Shown here: positions 28,918-42,184 of the stretch, piece after piece
Layout of the letters: each line of letters starts with the position of its first letter
How positions within the stretch are numbered: the first letter of the stretch is position 1
Assembly (NCBI GenBank): GCA_009914755.4
Contig: CP086569.2
Coordinates: 17,664,001 to 17,728,000, forward strand
Origin: the human T2T-CHM13v2.0 reference genome, Homo sapiens
DNA length: 64,000 nucleotides
Direction: 5' to 3'
Position numbers and translations under genes: made by a program
The notes under the pieces: generated by a model
The model's input: the letters and a program-made list of their open reading frames with translations, nothing else
Told to the model about the DNA's origin: nothing
Database searches by the model: none

Positions 28918-31084
28918 AAGGAAATATTCCAACATCATCTAAAAGCTACTTTCCCAGCACACTTCCTTTTTTACTCCAGGATGGTAGGTTTATTCACATC
29001 CTGATGTTTTAATGGAAATTATAACCTTTGAAAATGTGTAGCTCTCAGCTCAAAAACTGGCATGAATACTTATTAGATACCTGAAGTTGGCAATTGACTA
29101 GCAATCTATGAATTTTATTTTTCTCACCTGTAAACTGAAGATCTCTATTGCCCAGATTTATTACAGAATAAAAGGAAATTTAATACTTAATTGGGAATAT
29201 AGTTTTTATTTTTAAGAAAGTCAAAATTGATATGAGACACCATTCTTTGGAGAGAGAGAGAGAGAGAGATCTATAAAAGTAGTGTATTAGTTTGGTTCAA
29301 AATAAGTTGAGGGTTTGCCATTGAAAGTAATAGGAGAAACTGAAAGTAATAGACATTTTCAACATATAAAGAAATTCTTAATGACTCCAAAACCAAGGAG
29401 TCATTGAAAATTAGACTCTAGAATAAAAAGAAAAAAGCAAAATACTAACATTTTAAATATCAGGTATCTAGTTTTCTCTTTTTATTTGTGTTGAGTTTTT
29501 CTTTAATTGGACCTTAAAAGAGATAGTTCACTCTTGAGTTAATAAATTACATAAAAAAAGAAAAGAAAAAAGAAGCCTTTTAGATTCTTTGATTCTAGAC
29601 ATCAAAGATCTCTGTCTTCTGTGTTGTTGCTAAAATGATTATAGAGTTGTGAGGTTTTTATTAATTTATCAGTTGCATTGGAGGTTGAATTGCATTCTCT
29701 AGAGGCCAAATACATAAATAACATGTAGCAGAAAGAGTTATTTATGTGGGACATGAACTTTGACAGAGTCCCGCTTGCTCTTTAATTGTAACAGCAGTTA
29801 ATGGATGGGAAAAACAAAAAGTATAGCTGAAAGGAAACGTGCTAATAGACAGTAGAACACTTTTAAATGCAGTGTTTTGTAATTAAATGTCTGGTTTGTT
29901 GGAGTAGAGAGCTCATGTTTCTGGGAACTTGATCACATCATAGATCAGTTAGTCTTACACCAGAAAATATTATTTGAAAGGTTAGGAAGACAAAAAATAA
30001 GAAATTCGTGAGATATGCAGAGATTACAGTTTAGAAAATTAGTGTCCAATACACAAACTGTTCACAGTTCATAAACTTGTGAACATAGTGTTGGGGATGC
30101 ATTTACAGATAATTAATTACAGTGTTTTCTATTTCTACTGGTTTTTCGAAGGAGTGTCTGAACCACAAAGACATTGCTTTTGCTTAGTGTTTGACCCACA
30201 TCCAAGGTCATTTCCTTTACAAAATTTTTTCCCAAGACCTTGAGAAGCACAAATCATCTATAAACGTCTACAAAAGTACCTGTAAATTGTGTATTCTGTA
30301 GAATATCTTACCAGTAACCTGGAAAAATAAAATCTGTAAGTGCTGTAGTAGCCTGTCTAGAAAAACAAGGGGAAATGGAGAGATATTCATGAAAATAGGC
30401 AAAGTTTCAGTAATGCAGAATAATGAAGTGCTGAAGATCCAATCTATAGCATAGTGACTGTAGATAATAACATATACTTGAAATTTCCTAACTGAGAATA
30501 TATTAAGTGTTCTCACAACCATTTTCTCACATACACAGACACACACACACGCACACAGGTAATTATGTGAGGTGGTAGCTACATTTTCCTTGATCGTGGT
30601 AAGCATTTCACATTTCACAATGTATGGGTATATCAAAACATCACCTTGTCCACATTATATACCTACAATTTTTATGTGTGCATTACACTTCAATAGAAAT
30701 GAAGGGGAAAAAGAAAAAAAATAAAGAAACACTATAATTTCTTTCAAAGACAATTTGGCGAGTTCTAATAAATAACTTAAATAAATGCCTGGGGTTTGCT
30801 GACTGCACAAAATAAATATTTAGTTGGAAAAATAAAGTTTTCATGACTTAAATGATAACTAGTCTGAGGTTTTTACCCAAATTAATATAACTATCTGAAG
30901 ATGCAATTGTGATTTAAAAAACATAGATCTTTTCATTTCTAATATAAAATTATTGCCAAAATCATTTTTACATATTTTAGAATATTTTGGAAAAATGTTT
31001 ATTTGAAAACAAGTTCTTTAAAATGTCTTAAAAAACGAAGTACTTAAAATAAATATTTTTTCAAAGATGGCTGAAAGAAAAGTT

Positions 31085-33646
31085 CCAATGGGCAACTCCC
31101 AGCACGATTAATGCAGAAGGCAGGTGATTTCTGCATTTCCAACTGAGGTATACAGCTCATTTCATTGGGACTGGTTAGATAGTGGATACAGCCCACAAAG
31201 GGTGAGGCAAAGCAGGGTCAGGCAATGCCTCACCCAGGAAGCACAATGTGTCGGGGAACTCCCTTTCTAGCCAAGGGAAGGCGTGAGGGACTGTGCCATG
31301 AGGAACAGTGCATTCTGGCCCAGATACTATGGTATTTCCACAGTCTTCACACCCCATGTACCAAGAGGTTCCTTCAGGTGCCTACACCAACAGGGACCTG
31401 GGTTTCAAGCACAAAACTGGGTGGCCGTTTGGGCAGACACTGAGTTAGCTGCAGAAGCTTTTTTTTCCGTGCCTCAGTGGTACCTGGAACACTAATGAGA
31501 TAGAACTGTTCACCCCCTGAAAAGTGGGCTGAAGCCAGGAAGCCAAGTGGTCTAGCTCAGTGTATCCCACTCCCATGAAGCCCAACAAGCTAAAATCCAC
31601 TGGCTTTAAATTCTCGCTGCCAGCACAGCAGACTGAAGTCAACCTGGGACACTCAAGCATGGTGGGGGGAGGGGCGTCCACCATTACTGAGGCGTAGGTA
31701 GGTGGTTTTCTGCTCACAGTGTAAACAAAGCTGCCTGGAATTTAGAACTAGGTGGAGTCCACTGCAGCTCAGAGAAGTTGCTTTAACAAGACTGCCTCTC
31801 TAGATTTCTTCTCTCTGGGCAGGGCATCTCTGAAAGCAATGCAGCAGCCTCAGTCAGGGGCTTATAGATAAAACTTCCATTTCCCTGAAACAGTGCAGCT
31901 GAGGGAAAGGGCAGCTATTGGCACAGCTTCAGCAGTCTTAAATATTAATGTCTACTGGCTCTGAAGAGAGCAGCAGATCCCCCAGCACAGTGCTCGAGCT
32001 TCGCTAAGGGACAGACTGCCTCCTCAAGTGGGTCCCTGAACCCTGTACCTCTTAAAGGGAGATACTTCCCAGCAAGGGTAAACAGACATCTCATACAGGA
32101 AAGCTTTGGCTGGCATCGGACGGGTGTGCCTCTGGGACAAAGCTCCAAGATGAAGGAACAAGCAGCAATCTTTGTTGTTCTGCAGCCTCCACTGGTGATA
32201 CCTGGGCAAGGAAGGTCTGGAGTGGACCTACAGCAAACTCCAGCAGACCTGCAGCACAGGAGCCTGAGAGTTAGCAGGAAAACTAACAAATAGAAAGGAA
32301 TAGCATCGACATCAATAAAAAGGACCTCCACACAAAAACCCCATCTGAAGGTCACTAACATCAAAGGCCAAATGTAGATAAATTCAGGCAGATGAGGAAA
32401 AAACAGTGCAAAAAGGATGAAAATTACAAAAACCAGAATGCCTCTTCTCCTCCAAAGGATCACAGCTCCTCGCTTAGCAAGGGAACAAAACTGGATGGAG
32501 AATGAGTTTGACAAATTGACAGAAGTGGTCTTCAGAAGGTGGGTAATAACAAAGTCCAAGCTAAAGGAGCATGCTCTAACCCAATGCAAGGAAGATAAGA
32601 ACCTTGAAAAAAAGGTTAGAGGAATTCCTAACTAGAATAATAAATTTAGAGAAAAATGTAAATGACCTGATGGAGCTGAAAAACACAAAAATGAGAACTT
32701 TGTGAAGCATTTGCAAGTATCAATAGCAAAGAAATCAAGTAGAAGAAAGGATATTAGGGATTGAAGATCAACTTAATGAAATAAAGCATGAAGACAAGAT
32801 TAGAGAAAAAAAATGGATGAAAAGGAACGAATAAAGCCTCTGAGAAATATGGGGCTATGTGAAAAGACCAAACATACATTTGCTTGGTGTGCTGAAAGTG
32901 ACAGGGAGAATGGAACCAAGTTGGAAAACACTCTTCATGATATTATCCTGGGGAACATCCCCAGCCTAGCAAGACAGGCCAACATTCAAATTCAGAAAAT
33001 ACAGAGAATACCGCAAAGATACTTCTTAAGAGGTGAAACCCCAAGACACATAATCATCAGATTCACCAAGGTTGAAATGAAGGAAATAATGTTAAGGGCT
33101 GCCAGAGAGAAAGGTCATGTTACCCACAAAGGGAAGTCCGTCAGACTAAGAGCAGATCTCTCTGCAGAAATCCTACAAGCCAGAAGAGAGTGGGGGCCAA
33201 TATTCAACATTCTTAAAGAAGAATTTTCAACCCAGAATCTCATATCCAGCCAAACTAAGCTGCATAAGTGAAGCAAAAATAAAGTCTTTTATAGACAAGC
33301 AAATGCTGAGGGATTTTGTCACCACCACACCTGCCTTATAAGAGCTCCTGAAGGAAGTACTAAATATGGAAATGAAAAACTGTACCAGCCCCTGCAAAAA
33401 TATACCAAATTGTAAAGACCATTGACACTTTGAAGAAACTGCATCAACTAATGGGCAAAATACCCAGCTCGCATCATAATGACAGGATCAAATTCACACA
33501 TAACAATATTAACCTTAAATGTAAATGAGCTTAATACCCAAATGAAAGACACAGACTGTCAAATTAAATAGTCAAGACCTATCAGTGTGCTGTATTCAGG
33601 AGACCCATCTCATGTGCAAAGACACACATAGGCTCAACTCATTACT
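31085..33646 (+). mobile_element. L1 (older L1PA/L1PB-type) 5' portion: a ~1.3 kb 5'UTR, a disrupted ORF1 and the first ~230 bp of ORF2; the element is 3'-truncated
   Basis: 5'UTR …caggtgatttctgcatttccaactgaggtat…; ORF1 remnant 32393..33414 (track ORF 32813..33271: …LENTLHDIILGNIPSLARQANIQIQKIQRIPQRY…); ORF2 start atgacaggatcaaattcacacataacaatattaaccttaaatgtaaatg…; L1 similarity stops abruptly at ~33646. Confidence 0.85.
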
Positions 33647-34565
33647 TTAGGAATGTATTTACTGTAAAAATGTAATGGTTGCATTACTTTTGAATGAAAC
33701 TATTATGTATGTGTGTGTCCACACCTACATATATAGAAGTGATAAACAGTGAACTTTTAATAATTATGATAATCCAGGAAAAAAATTAACACTTGCTGAT
33801 GTTAGAAGCTATGATTCTTACAATGAAAAAATATATCCAAATAAAAGAACCTATACATTAAGTCCTTATAGGAATAGCTTGGAAAGGTAAGTATGAGTGT
33901 GAGTTGATCATTTCTAAAATATACATCTGTAAGTATATTTTCCAGTACATGTGCATATGTATATCTGTAGGTGTATGTATGTAAGCCCACACATTTGCGT
34001 ATCAGTGCATAAATACATATAATTCCTAGATCACTTCACTGAAATATCCAAGAAGAAAAGACACCCATTAGCAGTGAGCACACACTAGCATCCAGATCAT
34101 TTGTCTCTTACTTGACTTCATTATAGATACAACCAACTCCAGTTTTGTAGCTGTGTAGTTATGAAAAAAGCCTGAAATATCTTCAAATATGTCAAAATGT
34201 GAGAAAGTGCTCAACAATATTATAAGGGCATGTCAGAGGGACATAGGAGCTAGGGTGAAGAACATCCCCTTTCTGTGATAATTTAAGTACTAAATAAAAT
34301 AAGTACAATAATAAATTATAAACCTTTCAAAAAACAGAAATGCATCTTTCCAAATTGAATACAAATAGATATGTATTTGTATGTATCTATATATACATTC
34401 AAATATATATGCATATGTATATAAACTCATATACAATGTGTATATGCATACATTAATATACACAAAATGTATATATGTATGTATGTCTGTGTGTGTATGA
34501 AAAAATAACTGTTTATAATAAAATGCCCAGTCCTAACAGCTAAATATGGCACAAATGCTGTTGTT

Positions 34566-35072
34566 CAGGGATTCCTCTGGCACCGGAATTCACACTGGCA
34601 CGTCAGGAGGTGAGCAGTGGGTGAGCAAGCCAGCAAAGCTTCATCTGTATTTACAGCCAGTTCCCATCACTTGCATTACTGCCTGAGCTCAGCCTCCTGT
34701 CAAATAAGCAGCCGTATTTGATTCCCATAGGACCTTGAGCCTTATTGTGAACTGCGCACGGGAGGCATCTATGTTGCACACTTCTTATGAGAATCTAATG
34801 TTTGATGATCTGCCACTGTCTTCCATCACCCCCAGATGGGATTGTCTAGTTGCAGGAAAACAAGCTGAGGGCTCCCACTGATTCTGCATGATGGTGAGTT
34901 GTATAATCATTTCATTATATATTGAAATGTATCAATAATATAAATAAAGTGCAAAATAAATGTAATGTGCTTGAGTCATCCTGACATCCGCCAGCCAAAC
35001 CCCAGCTCATTTGTGGAAAAATTGTCTTCCATGAAACTGGTGCCTCCTGTAAAAATGTTGGTGGACTGCTGA
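34566..35072. mobile_element. Non-autonomous hAT-type DNA transposon, copy 1 (same family as 36640.. and 48971..; resembles the MER30/Charlie-type palindromic elements)
   Basis: Shared core …agcaaagcttcatctgtatttacagcc…cctgagctc.gcctcctgtca.at.agc…attc.cataggag…tgtgaactgc.ca…cttatgagaat.taatg…tcacccccagatggg…tctagttgca.gaaaacaa.ct…cccactgattct…gaaaaattgtcttccatgaaac.ggt. The termini are degraded. Confidence 0.65.
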
Positions 35073-35135
35073 TATAACTGGAAAAAATATGTACATAATT
35101 ATATAACCACCATGGTATAGTTCGGCTATCAAATC

Positions 35136-35545
35136 TTTTTTTTTTCAACTTTTATTTTAGATTCAGTGGTATATGTGCAGGTTTGCTACATGGGTAAATT
35201 ATGTCACAGAAGTTTGGTATACAGGTTATTTCCTCATCCATGTAATTAGCATAGTACCTGATAGGTAGTTTTTCAATCCTCTCACTCCACCTAGTCTCCA
35301 CGCTTGAGTAGGTGCTAGTGTTTATTATTCTCTTCTTTGTGTCCATGTGTAACCAATATTTGGCTCCCACTTGTAAGTAAGAACATGCAAGGTTTGGTTT
35401 TCTGTTGTTGTGTTAGTTCACTTAGGATAACAGCTTTCAGTTCCATCCTTGTTGCTGCAAAGGACATGATCTCTTTCTTTTTTAGGACTGTGTAGTATTC
35501 CATGGTATATATGTACTATATTATTTTTTATCTGGACTATCAAGT
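35136..35545 (-). mobile_element. L1 3' end fragment, antisense, first of two tandem pieces
   Basis: Poly-T, then …ttttattttagattcagtggtatatgtgcaggtttgctacatgggtaaatt…ggctcccacttgtaagtaagaacatgcaaggtttggttttctgttg… is the reverse complement of the L1 3'UTR. Confidence 0.8.
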
Positions 35546-35567
35546 CTTACTAAATATAGAGGGAAAT

Positions 35568-36328
35568 TTTTTTCTTCAACTTTAAATTTCAGGGGTACAT
35601 GTACAGGATGTTCAGTCTTGTTACATAGTAAATGTGTTCCATGGTGGTTTGCTACACAGATCATCCCATCACCTAGGTATTAAGCCCAACATCCATTAGC
35701 TATTCTTCCTTATGCTCTCCCTGTCCCCATCCTAACTCCAGTCTGCCCCAGTGTGTGTTCCCCTGCATATGTCCATGTGTTCTTATCATTCAGCTCCCAT
35801 TTACAAGTGAGAACATGCGGTACTTAGTTTTCTGTTTCTGCATTACTTTGATGAGGATAATGGCTTCCAAATCCATTCATGTCCCTGCAAAGACATGACC
35901 TTTTCCCTTTTTATGGCTATATAGTATTCCATGGTGTATATGTACCACATTTTCTTTATCCAGTCTAGCACTAGTAGGCATTTAGGTTGATTTGATGTCT
36001 TTGCTATTGCGAATAGTGCTGCAGTGAACATACACATATATGTATCTTTAAAATAGAATGATTTATATTCCTTTGGGTATATATCCAATAATGGAATTGC
36101 TGGGTCAAATGGTATTTCTGTCTTTAGGTCTTTGAGAAATGACTACACTGTCTTCCACCACAGTTGCACTGATTTACATTCTCATCAATCGTGTAAAAGT
36201 TTTCCTTTTTCTCCACAACCTCAGCAGTATCTGTTGTCATTTGACTCTTTGATAATAGTCATTCTGACTGGCATGAGATGGTATCTCATTGTGGTTTTGA
36301 TTTGCATTCTCTAATGATCAGTGAAAGG
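35568..36328 (-). mobile_element. L1 3' region, antisense, second piece (3'UTR plus ORF2 end)
   Basis: tttttttcttcaactttaaatttcaggggtacatgtacaggatg…cagctcccatttacaagtgagaacatgcggtacttagttttctg…gggtcaaatggtatttctgtctttaggtctttgagaaatgactacactgtcttccaccacagttgcactgatttacattc…. Confidence 0.8.
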
Positions 36329-36639
36329 AGGTATTGGCATGGCGGTAAAGTACCTCCCTACTGAGATACTTTTGTTTCTGAGGAGGAAAATAATATTTAT
36401 TCAAAGGAGACCTCCAGCAATGATCCAATGGAGTGATCCAAATTACCAGCAGCAAGAAGTGGCCAATGGCTACTTTGAGTAGAAGTCCACAGCACCGGTT
36501 GCATAAGCCACCTGAGAATGCATAGCCAGGATCTCATTACAGGGAAGCAAAAGAAACAAGCCAACAATAAACAAACAAGGAAGGAAAAAAGCACTATATT
36601 ACTTACATTTGTACCAAAATAAATGATCTATTTGGAGAT

Positions 36640-37173
36640 GTGTTTACACATGTAAGATCTACATCGGGGTACTTGTCCATGTCCTGTTAGAAACTGGGCA
36701 GCACAACAAGAAGTGAATGGTTGGTGAGTGGGCAAAGCTTCATCTGTATTTACAGCAGCTCTCCAATGCTCACGTTACCACCTGAGCTCCACCTCCTGTC
36801 AGATCAGCAGAGGCATTACATTCTCATAGGAGCATAAACCTTCTTGTGAACTGCACATGCAGTGGATCTCAATTGTGCACTCCTTATGAGAATGTAATGA
36901 CTAATAATCAGTCCTGTCTCCTATCACCCCCAGATGGGGCCATCTAGTTGCAAGAAAACAAACTCCATGTTCCCACTGATTCTACATTATGATGAGTTGT
37001 ATAACAGTTTCATTGTATATTCCAATGTAATAATAATAATAATAATAGAAATCAAGTACACACTATATGTAATGCTCTTGAATCATCTCAAAACCATCCC
37101 TCTAACTCTAATCCATGGAAAAATTGTCTTCCACGAAACCAGTCACTGGGATCAAAAAGGTTGGGGACCACTG
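36640..37173. mobile_element. Non-autonomous hAT-type DNA transposon, copy 2 (5' terminus diverged)
   Basis: …gggcaaagcttcatctgtatttacagcagctctccaatgctcacgttaccacctgagctccacctcctgtcagatcagcagaggcattacattctcataggagc…gaaaaattgtcttccacgaaaccagtcactgggatcaaaaaggttggggaccactg. Confidence 0.7.
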
Positions 37174-38166
37174 AGCTATGTTAAAAACTAGCAAACAAAT
37201 AAACAACAAAACATTGATGAGAGTAGTTAATAAATATATAAACATTGCATTGTGCTGTATCACCAGCAAAGGAAAATAATCAGAAATAACTTACTTTCTG
37301 CCAAAAAATAACAACGTCAATAACAACAAAGTCAGGCAGTGATGTTCTTATCTTTCTTTACCCTTTCTCTATTTTTATTTTAATCACCTGTAATTTCTTG
37401 TAATGCCTAAAGTTTTAGAATCAATGGGGCAGTTTTCTGTTCATTTTCATGCCTGGATGTTTTCCTAGTTGCTAAGCCTTGTGGTAGGCTCAACTTTCCC
37501 AAGTGCAGCTTCCATTGAAGTGCTAGGCAGATATCCAGCATCCAGTACTCATTATCTGTTCTCAAGGCTTTGATTTGTAGCAAGAGTCCTGGTAGGCAAT
37601 ACTTTTGCTCTCATGAGTTGCATTCTTTTGGGCATTGGGTGTAAAATATGCAAGAAAATAAGCAAATACATAAACAGGTGACTTCAGGAAGTGAAAAATT
37701 TGCAAAGCAAATAGAGGAGTAGATGTCAGAGGGATGAAATGATGTCTAATTATGATAGGGTAGCCTGGTGGGGAGTGATTTATGTTGAGTCTTGAATGAT
37801 GAAAATAACATAACCCTTTGAAGATAGAAGAAGGAACGTTTGAAAAGTGTGCAACCAGCACATGTGCTCTGATGAATGGTGGAGCTAAGCAGGTTCTAGC
37901 ACAAGAAGGACAATGAGTGTGGCTATAGCTGTGAGCTGCAGAGACAATGGAAATTGATGAATTAGGAGGTAAACAAGGAAGTAGATTGTGTAGGAAATTA
38001 AGGGCCATGGCTCAGCTTTCCACTTATCATAAAATAAATGAGAAGCAATTGCTTTATTTTCAGGGGAGACAGCAAGAATCTAATTTGCGTTTTTACCAAC
38101 ACATCAGAATTTTAGAAGCCATGTTTATTTTTCACTTGAGGTTAGTAGTGTTTGTTATACTAATAC

Positions 38167-38480
38167 AGCAGTTCTCCCTTATCCACAGGGGATATGTAAA
38201 AAGAACAAATGCTCACCTCTCGCCACCAGTGGATGTCTGAAATCTCAGATAGTAATAAAATATTTTTATATATACAGTTTTTTCCTATACATATGTACTT
38301 ATGGTAAAGTCTAATTTATAAATTAACAACAAATAATATTAAAATAGAACAATTATAAATATGCTCTAATAAAAGTTATGTGAATATGCACTCACTGCTG
38401 CATATCTTATGCACTTTACCATGAGTAACTGAAACTGCAGAAAGTGAAATCATAAATAAGGGGGAACTACTGTATAGTAT
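38167..38480 (+). mobile_element. Tigger-like (TcMar/pogo) DNA transposon fragment
   Basis: cagttctcccttatccacaggggatatg…ccagtggatgtctgaaatc…tatatacagttttttcctatacatatgtacttatggtaaagtctaatttataaattaacaacaaataatattaaaatagaacaattataaatatgctctaataaaagttatgtgaatatgc…aactgaaactgcagaaagtgaaatcataaataagggggaactactgtat matches a Tigger-family terminal region. Confidence 0.55.
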
Positions 38481-38489
38481 AACACAACA

Positions 38490-38716
38490 ATTTCATTTTT
38501 TTGTTGTTGTTTGGAGACAGGGTCCTGTGCTGTTCCCCAGGCTGAAGTGCAGTGATGTTATCATGGCTACCTGAAGCCTCAGTCTCCCAGGCTCAAGATA
38601 TCCTCCCACTTCAGCTTCTCAAAAATACTATACACACACACACACACGCACGCACACACACACATATATGTACACACACATCCATATATATGTGTGTGTA
38701 TATGTGTGTGTGCATG

Positions 38717-38761
<45 letters not shown>

Positions 38762-38880
38762 TAGAGAAAGGGTCTCCCAGTATTGTCCAGTCTGGTCTTA
38801 AACTCCTGGAATGAAGTGATCCTCCTACCTCAGTAACCCAAAGTACCGGGATTGCAGGTGTGAACCACCACACCTGGCTG
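38490..38880 (-). mobile_element. Alu (AluJ-like) whose central A-rich linker region is replaced or expanded by a (CA)n/(TG)n microsatellite at 38632..38760
   Basis: Right-arm complement tttttttgttgttgtttggagacagggtcctgtgctgttccccaggctgaagtgcagtgatg…, then acacacacac…gtgtgtgtgtgtgtgtatatatatat, then left-arm complement tagagaaagggtctcccagtattgtccagtctggtcttaaactcctgg…gggattgcaggtgtgaaccaccacacctggctg. Confidence 0.8.
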
Positions 38881-41311
38881 AGAATTTTATAATTTCATTA
38901 CTATTATTAACATCTGTGAATTAGACTCCTCACATGTCATACATGGTTTGGAATTTTTAAGGTATGACTTGAAGTAAATTTTTAATTTAAAACATGTTAT
39001 GACAGTTCTTCAAAGAGATTCAAAGTCGATTAACGAAGAGTTAGTACACAAATAAATATTATTGAAACCAGAATTCATCAATGATCATTTTAATAAATAA
39101 CCCATATTTGAAATATTTAATTTAGAATTTATGTTTTATCATGCTCTCTACACTAATAATGATTGTTTTAATTTTTGGATATTTATGAGAAGATAATTGG
39201 TTTCAAATATTTGGATGATTTAAACTACTTTTGTACCATTTTCTTCTTAATCAAAAATAAATAAGAAATCAGCTTTGTTAACTTAGCTAGGTATGTTTAT
39301 CTTAAAAGATGAGTAAAACATTACCCTATTTTATCTTATCTTGCAGATTTAAGATTATAAATATATGTTTATCAGCTCTTTCTTTTCATTTTCTTCCTGG
39401 AAATCCACATTTCCACTATGTTATTCATAAGGAAATCACTATAGATCAAGCAATTATTATATAGATGACACAAAAAGATGTGGATGAACAAACAGATTTG
39501 TCAGAAAAATGTGTAATAATTAAATATTTGAATGCAAATGACTACAGAGAAATGTTTCGGAGGCATTCTTTGTGGAGTTCATAGGCAGTTTATTCCATGG
39601 ATTTGAAGAAATCAAACTTGTATCAATTTTAATTTCTAAAGCAAATCGAGTACAATTTGGAAAAATAAGGAAAAATTATTATTGTGAAAAATATGTCTGA
39701 TGGAAATCTTAGAATTTTCGTACCTTACTTAGAAACAGTAACATGTTATTTCAGCTTTTTATTTTTCTACTTTCTTTTTCATGAGATATAACCAAAACTA
39801 TTTCTAAAAAACAAACATGTAAACACAACGTCAACCACACAGACTTTCATCATCACCAAGTAACGTGACTTGCAAGAAAGACACTTGAAGTCCTCATAAT
39901 TAAAATAGATAATAAGCCAACTGGAAGTTCTTATTACTTTCCACCAATTCATGTTCCTTGTGAAGTTAAGAAATATATTGGAAATGTGATATCCAATCTA
40001 TGTTCTTTTGAAAGACAAAGTTATAACATTTGAAAGTCACATTTGTAAAAGTTAATGTGAAGTTTCACATGTAATAATAGGACAGAATCTGATCTGTAAA
40101 TATAAGTGTGTTTACTCAGGGTAACTGCAATATTAGTCTCCTGTAATTCCTGACTGTTTCACTGTCCATTCCTCTTTAAAATATATCTGAATTCCAGGGA
40201 TAATTAAGATATCTTTACAATTTAAACTTTTTTTTTTCCAACGGGCAAAATTTATTGACAAGCGGATATCTAACTTATACATGCAAGTCCACAAGTTTGT
40301 TTCCATTTCTTCAATAAATGTTAAATATAGATGCACTATTGAACAGAGAATATACTAATTCCTTGTTATTTGATGATATGCCTATCTAACTAAGAGCCAG
40401 ACATCCTGGTTAGCAGTGCTTAGCTAAAGTAAATTTGATCATTTATTTTATTCCTTACATACACATAAAATAATTTAAAGTCTTCAACTATCTGAGAATA
40501 GCATAAAATAAAAGAGTTTAGTTTCTTGGGGAATGTCATTTGTTCTACCCACAGGCATGCCCAAGAAGTTTATACAGAGCTTTGCAATTATTTTTTATGT
40601 AAGTCTTATGAATTTATGCTGCAGGGTGGGTTAAAAATAAACTAAAAATTAATGGAGAGGTAAAGAAAGTCCAATTGATGAAGAGAGTTCCAGAAAATGT
40701 AAGATTTGGAAATGAGAGGAAGTTCTTGGATAATTGAAAAGAGACAGAATTTGCACATATCAGGAGCACAGGAAGTAAAAGTTCTGTGTTGATGATAAAT
40801 CTTGACAGAATGACGGAGGATAAGACTGAGCATCTTTTCAGGGTATGTGGAGAAAATTTAACTTTACATTTGATGGCATTGGCATACTAAAAATTTTACA
40901 AAGGAGAACACATGCCATAATCATTACAGCAATTATTGCTGCATTATAAAGAACAAATAGGAGACTGGTAGCCCAGAAAGATACAGAAATACTATAGAAC
41001 TAGTCCAGTGTCAAAACATGAGAGCTGATAGGAGCTTAGGCTTGTGGAGACAGTTGGCTGGGAGATAAGAGGAGAGATTTAAAATGGAATGATCAAGAAA
41101 ATTCAGAAGCATTTGAAGAGTGAATAGCTGTGGAATGTGAGGAAGACCATGAAGACATGATTCTACCATTTCAAAGTGTTCATTTGAGTATATGCAGGAA
41201 TCATCTCCCCAAATGCACTTTGGTAAGATTAGGAGAAAGTTGAAAGGGACTTAGTTTTTTTAGTCTTACTTATATTAAATTTAAGATTAATTTTGAGAAC
41301 ATCCAATGCAA

Positions 41312-41620
41312 TTTGTTGTATTAGTCCACCTACATGCTGCTAATAAAGACATTCCCGACACTGGGAGGAAAAAAGAGGTTTACTGGAGTCAGTTCCGTGT
41401 GGCTGGGGAAGCCTCACAATCATGGCAGAAGGCAAGGAGAAGCAAGTCACGTCTTACGTGGATGGTGGCAGGCAAAAAGAGAGCTTGCTCAGGGAAGCTC
41501 TCCCTTATAAAACTGTTAGAATCATCAAAGGCTGAAGAAAATGATAATGGAAATAAGTTATGTGGAGAATTGATAACTACTGAATGAGGTCTGTGGATTA
41601 CAAATGTGGATTTCATGAGG
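41312..41620 (-). mobile_element. ERVL-MaLR LTR (THE1/MST-like), antisense, truncated
   Basis: tgttgtattagtccacctacatgctgctaataaagacattcccgacactgggagg…tcacaatcatggcagaaggcaaggagaagcaag… is the reverse complement of the THE1/MST LTR 3' half. Confidence 0.7.
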
Positions 41621-41798
41621 CACATCAAGCAGAGCTGTTTCAGAGGCACAGTGTGTGAACGGAAAATATATTGGGCACCCAAAATCACTAAACTAAAGGG
41701 AAAAGTCAAGCTGGGAACTCCTTAGGGCAAATCTGTCTCCCATTCTATTCAAAGTCACCCCTCTGCTCACTGAGATAAATGCGTATCTGATTGCTTCC

Positions 41799-42150
41799 TG
41801 TATTAGTCCATCTTCACCCTGCTGATAAAGACATACCCAAGACAGAAGAAAGAAGTTTAATTGGACTTACAGTACCACGTGGCTAAGGAAGCCTCAGACA
41901 CATAGCAGGAGGCAAAATACACTTCTTACATGGTAGCAACAAGAGAAAATGAGTAGGAAGCAAAAGCAGAAAGCCCTGATAAAACCATCAGATCTTGTGA
42001 GATTTCTTCACAACCAGGAGAACAGTATGGAGGCAACTGCCCCAATAATTCAAATTATCTCCTACTGGGTCCCTCCCACAACAGGTGGGAATTCTAGGAC
42101 ATGAAATTCTAGTTGAGATTTGGGTGGGGACACAGCCAAACCATATCACC
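41799..42150 (-). mobile_element. ERVL-MaLR LTR (THE1/MST-like), antisense, essentially complete
   Basis: tgtattagtccatcttcaccctgctgataaagacatacccaag…ctcctactgggtccctcccacaacaggtgggaattctagg…gagatttgggtggggacacagccaaaccatatcacc is the reverse complement of TGATATGGTTTGGCTGTGTCCCCACCCAAATCTC…. Confidence 0.75.
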
Positions 42151-42184
42151 TCCTCTGGAGAGGCTAATCAGAAACTCAAAAGAA

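Noticed and set aside
38552-38873. ORFs of 70-81 aa over the (CA)n/(TG)n tract
   Set aside because: They are microsatellite translations (HTHTHT / CVCVCV) flanked by Alu sequence.
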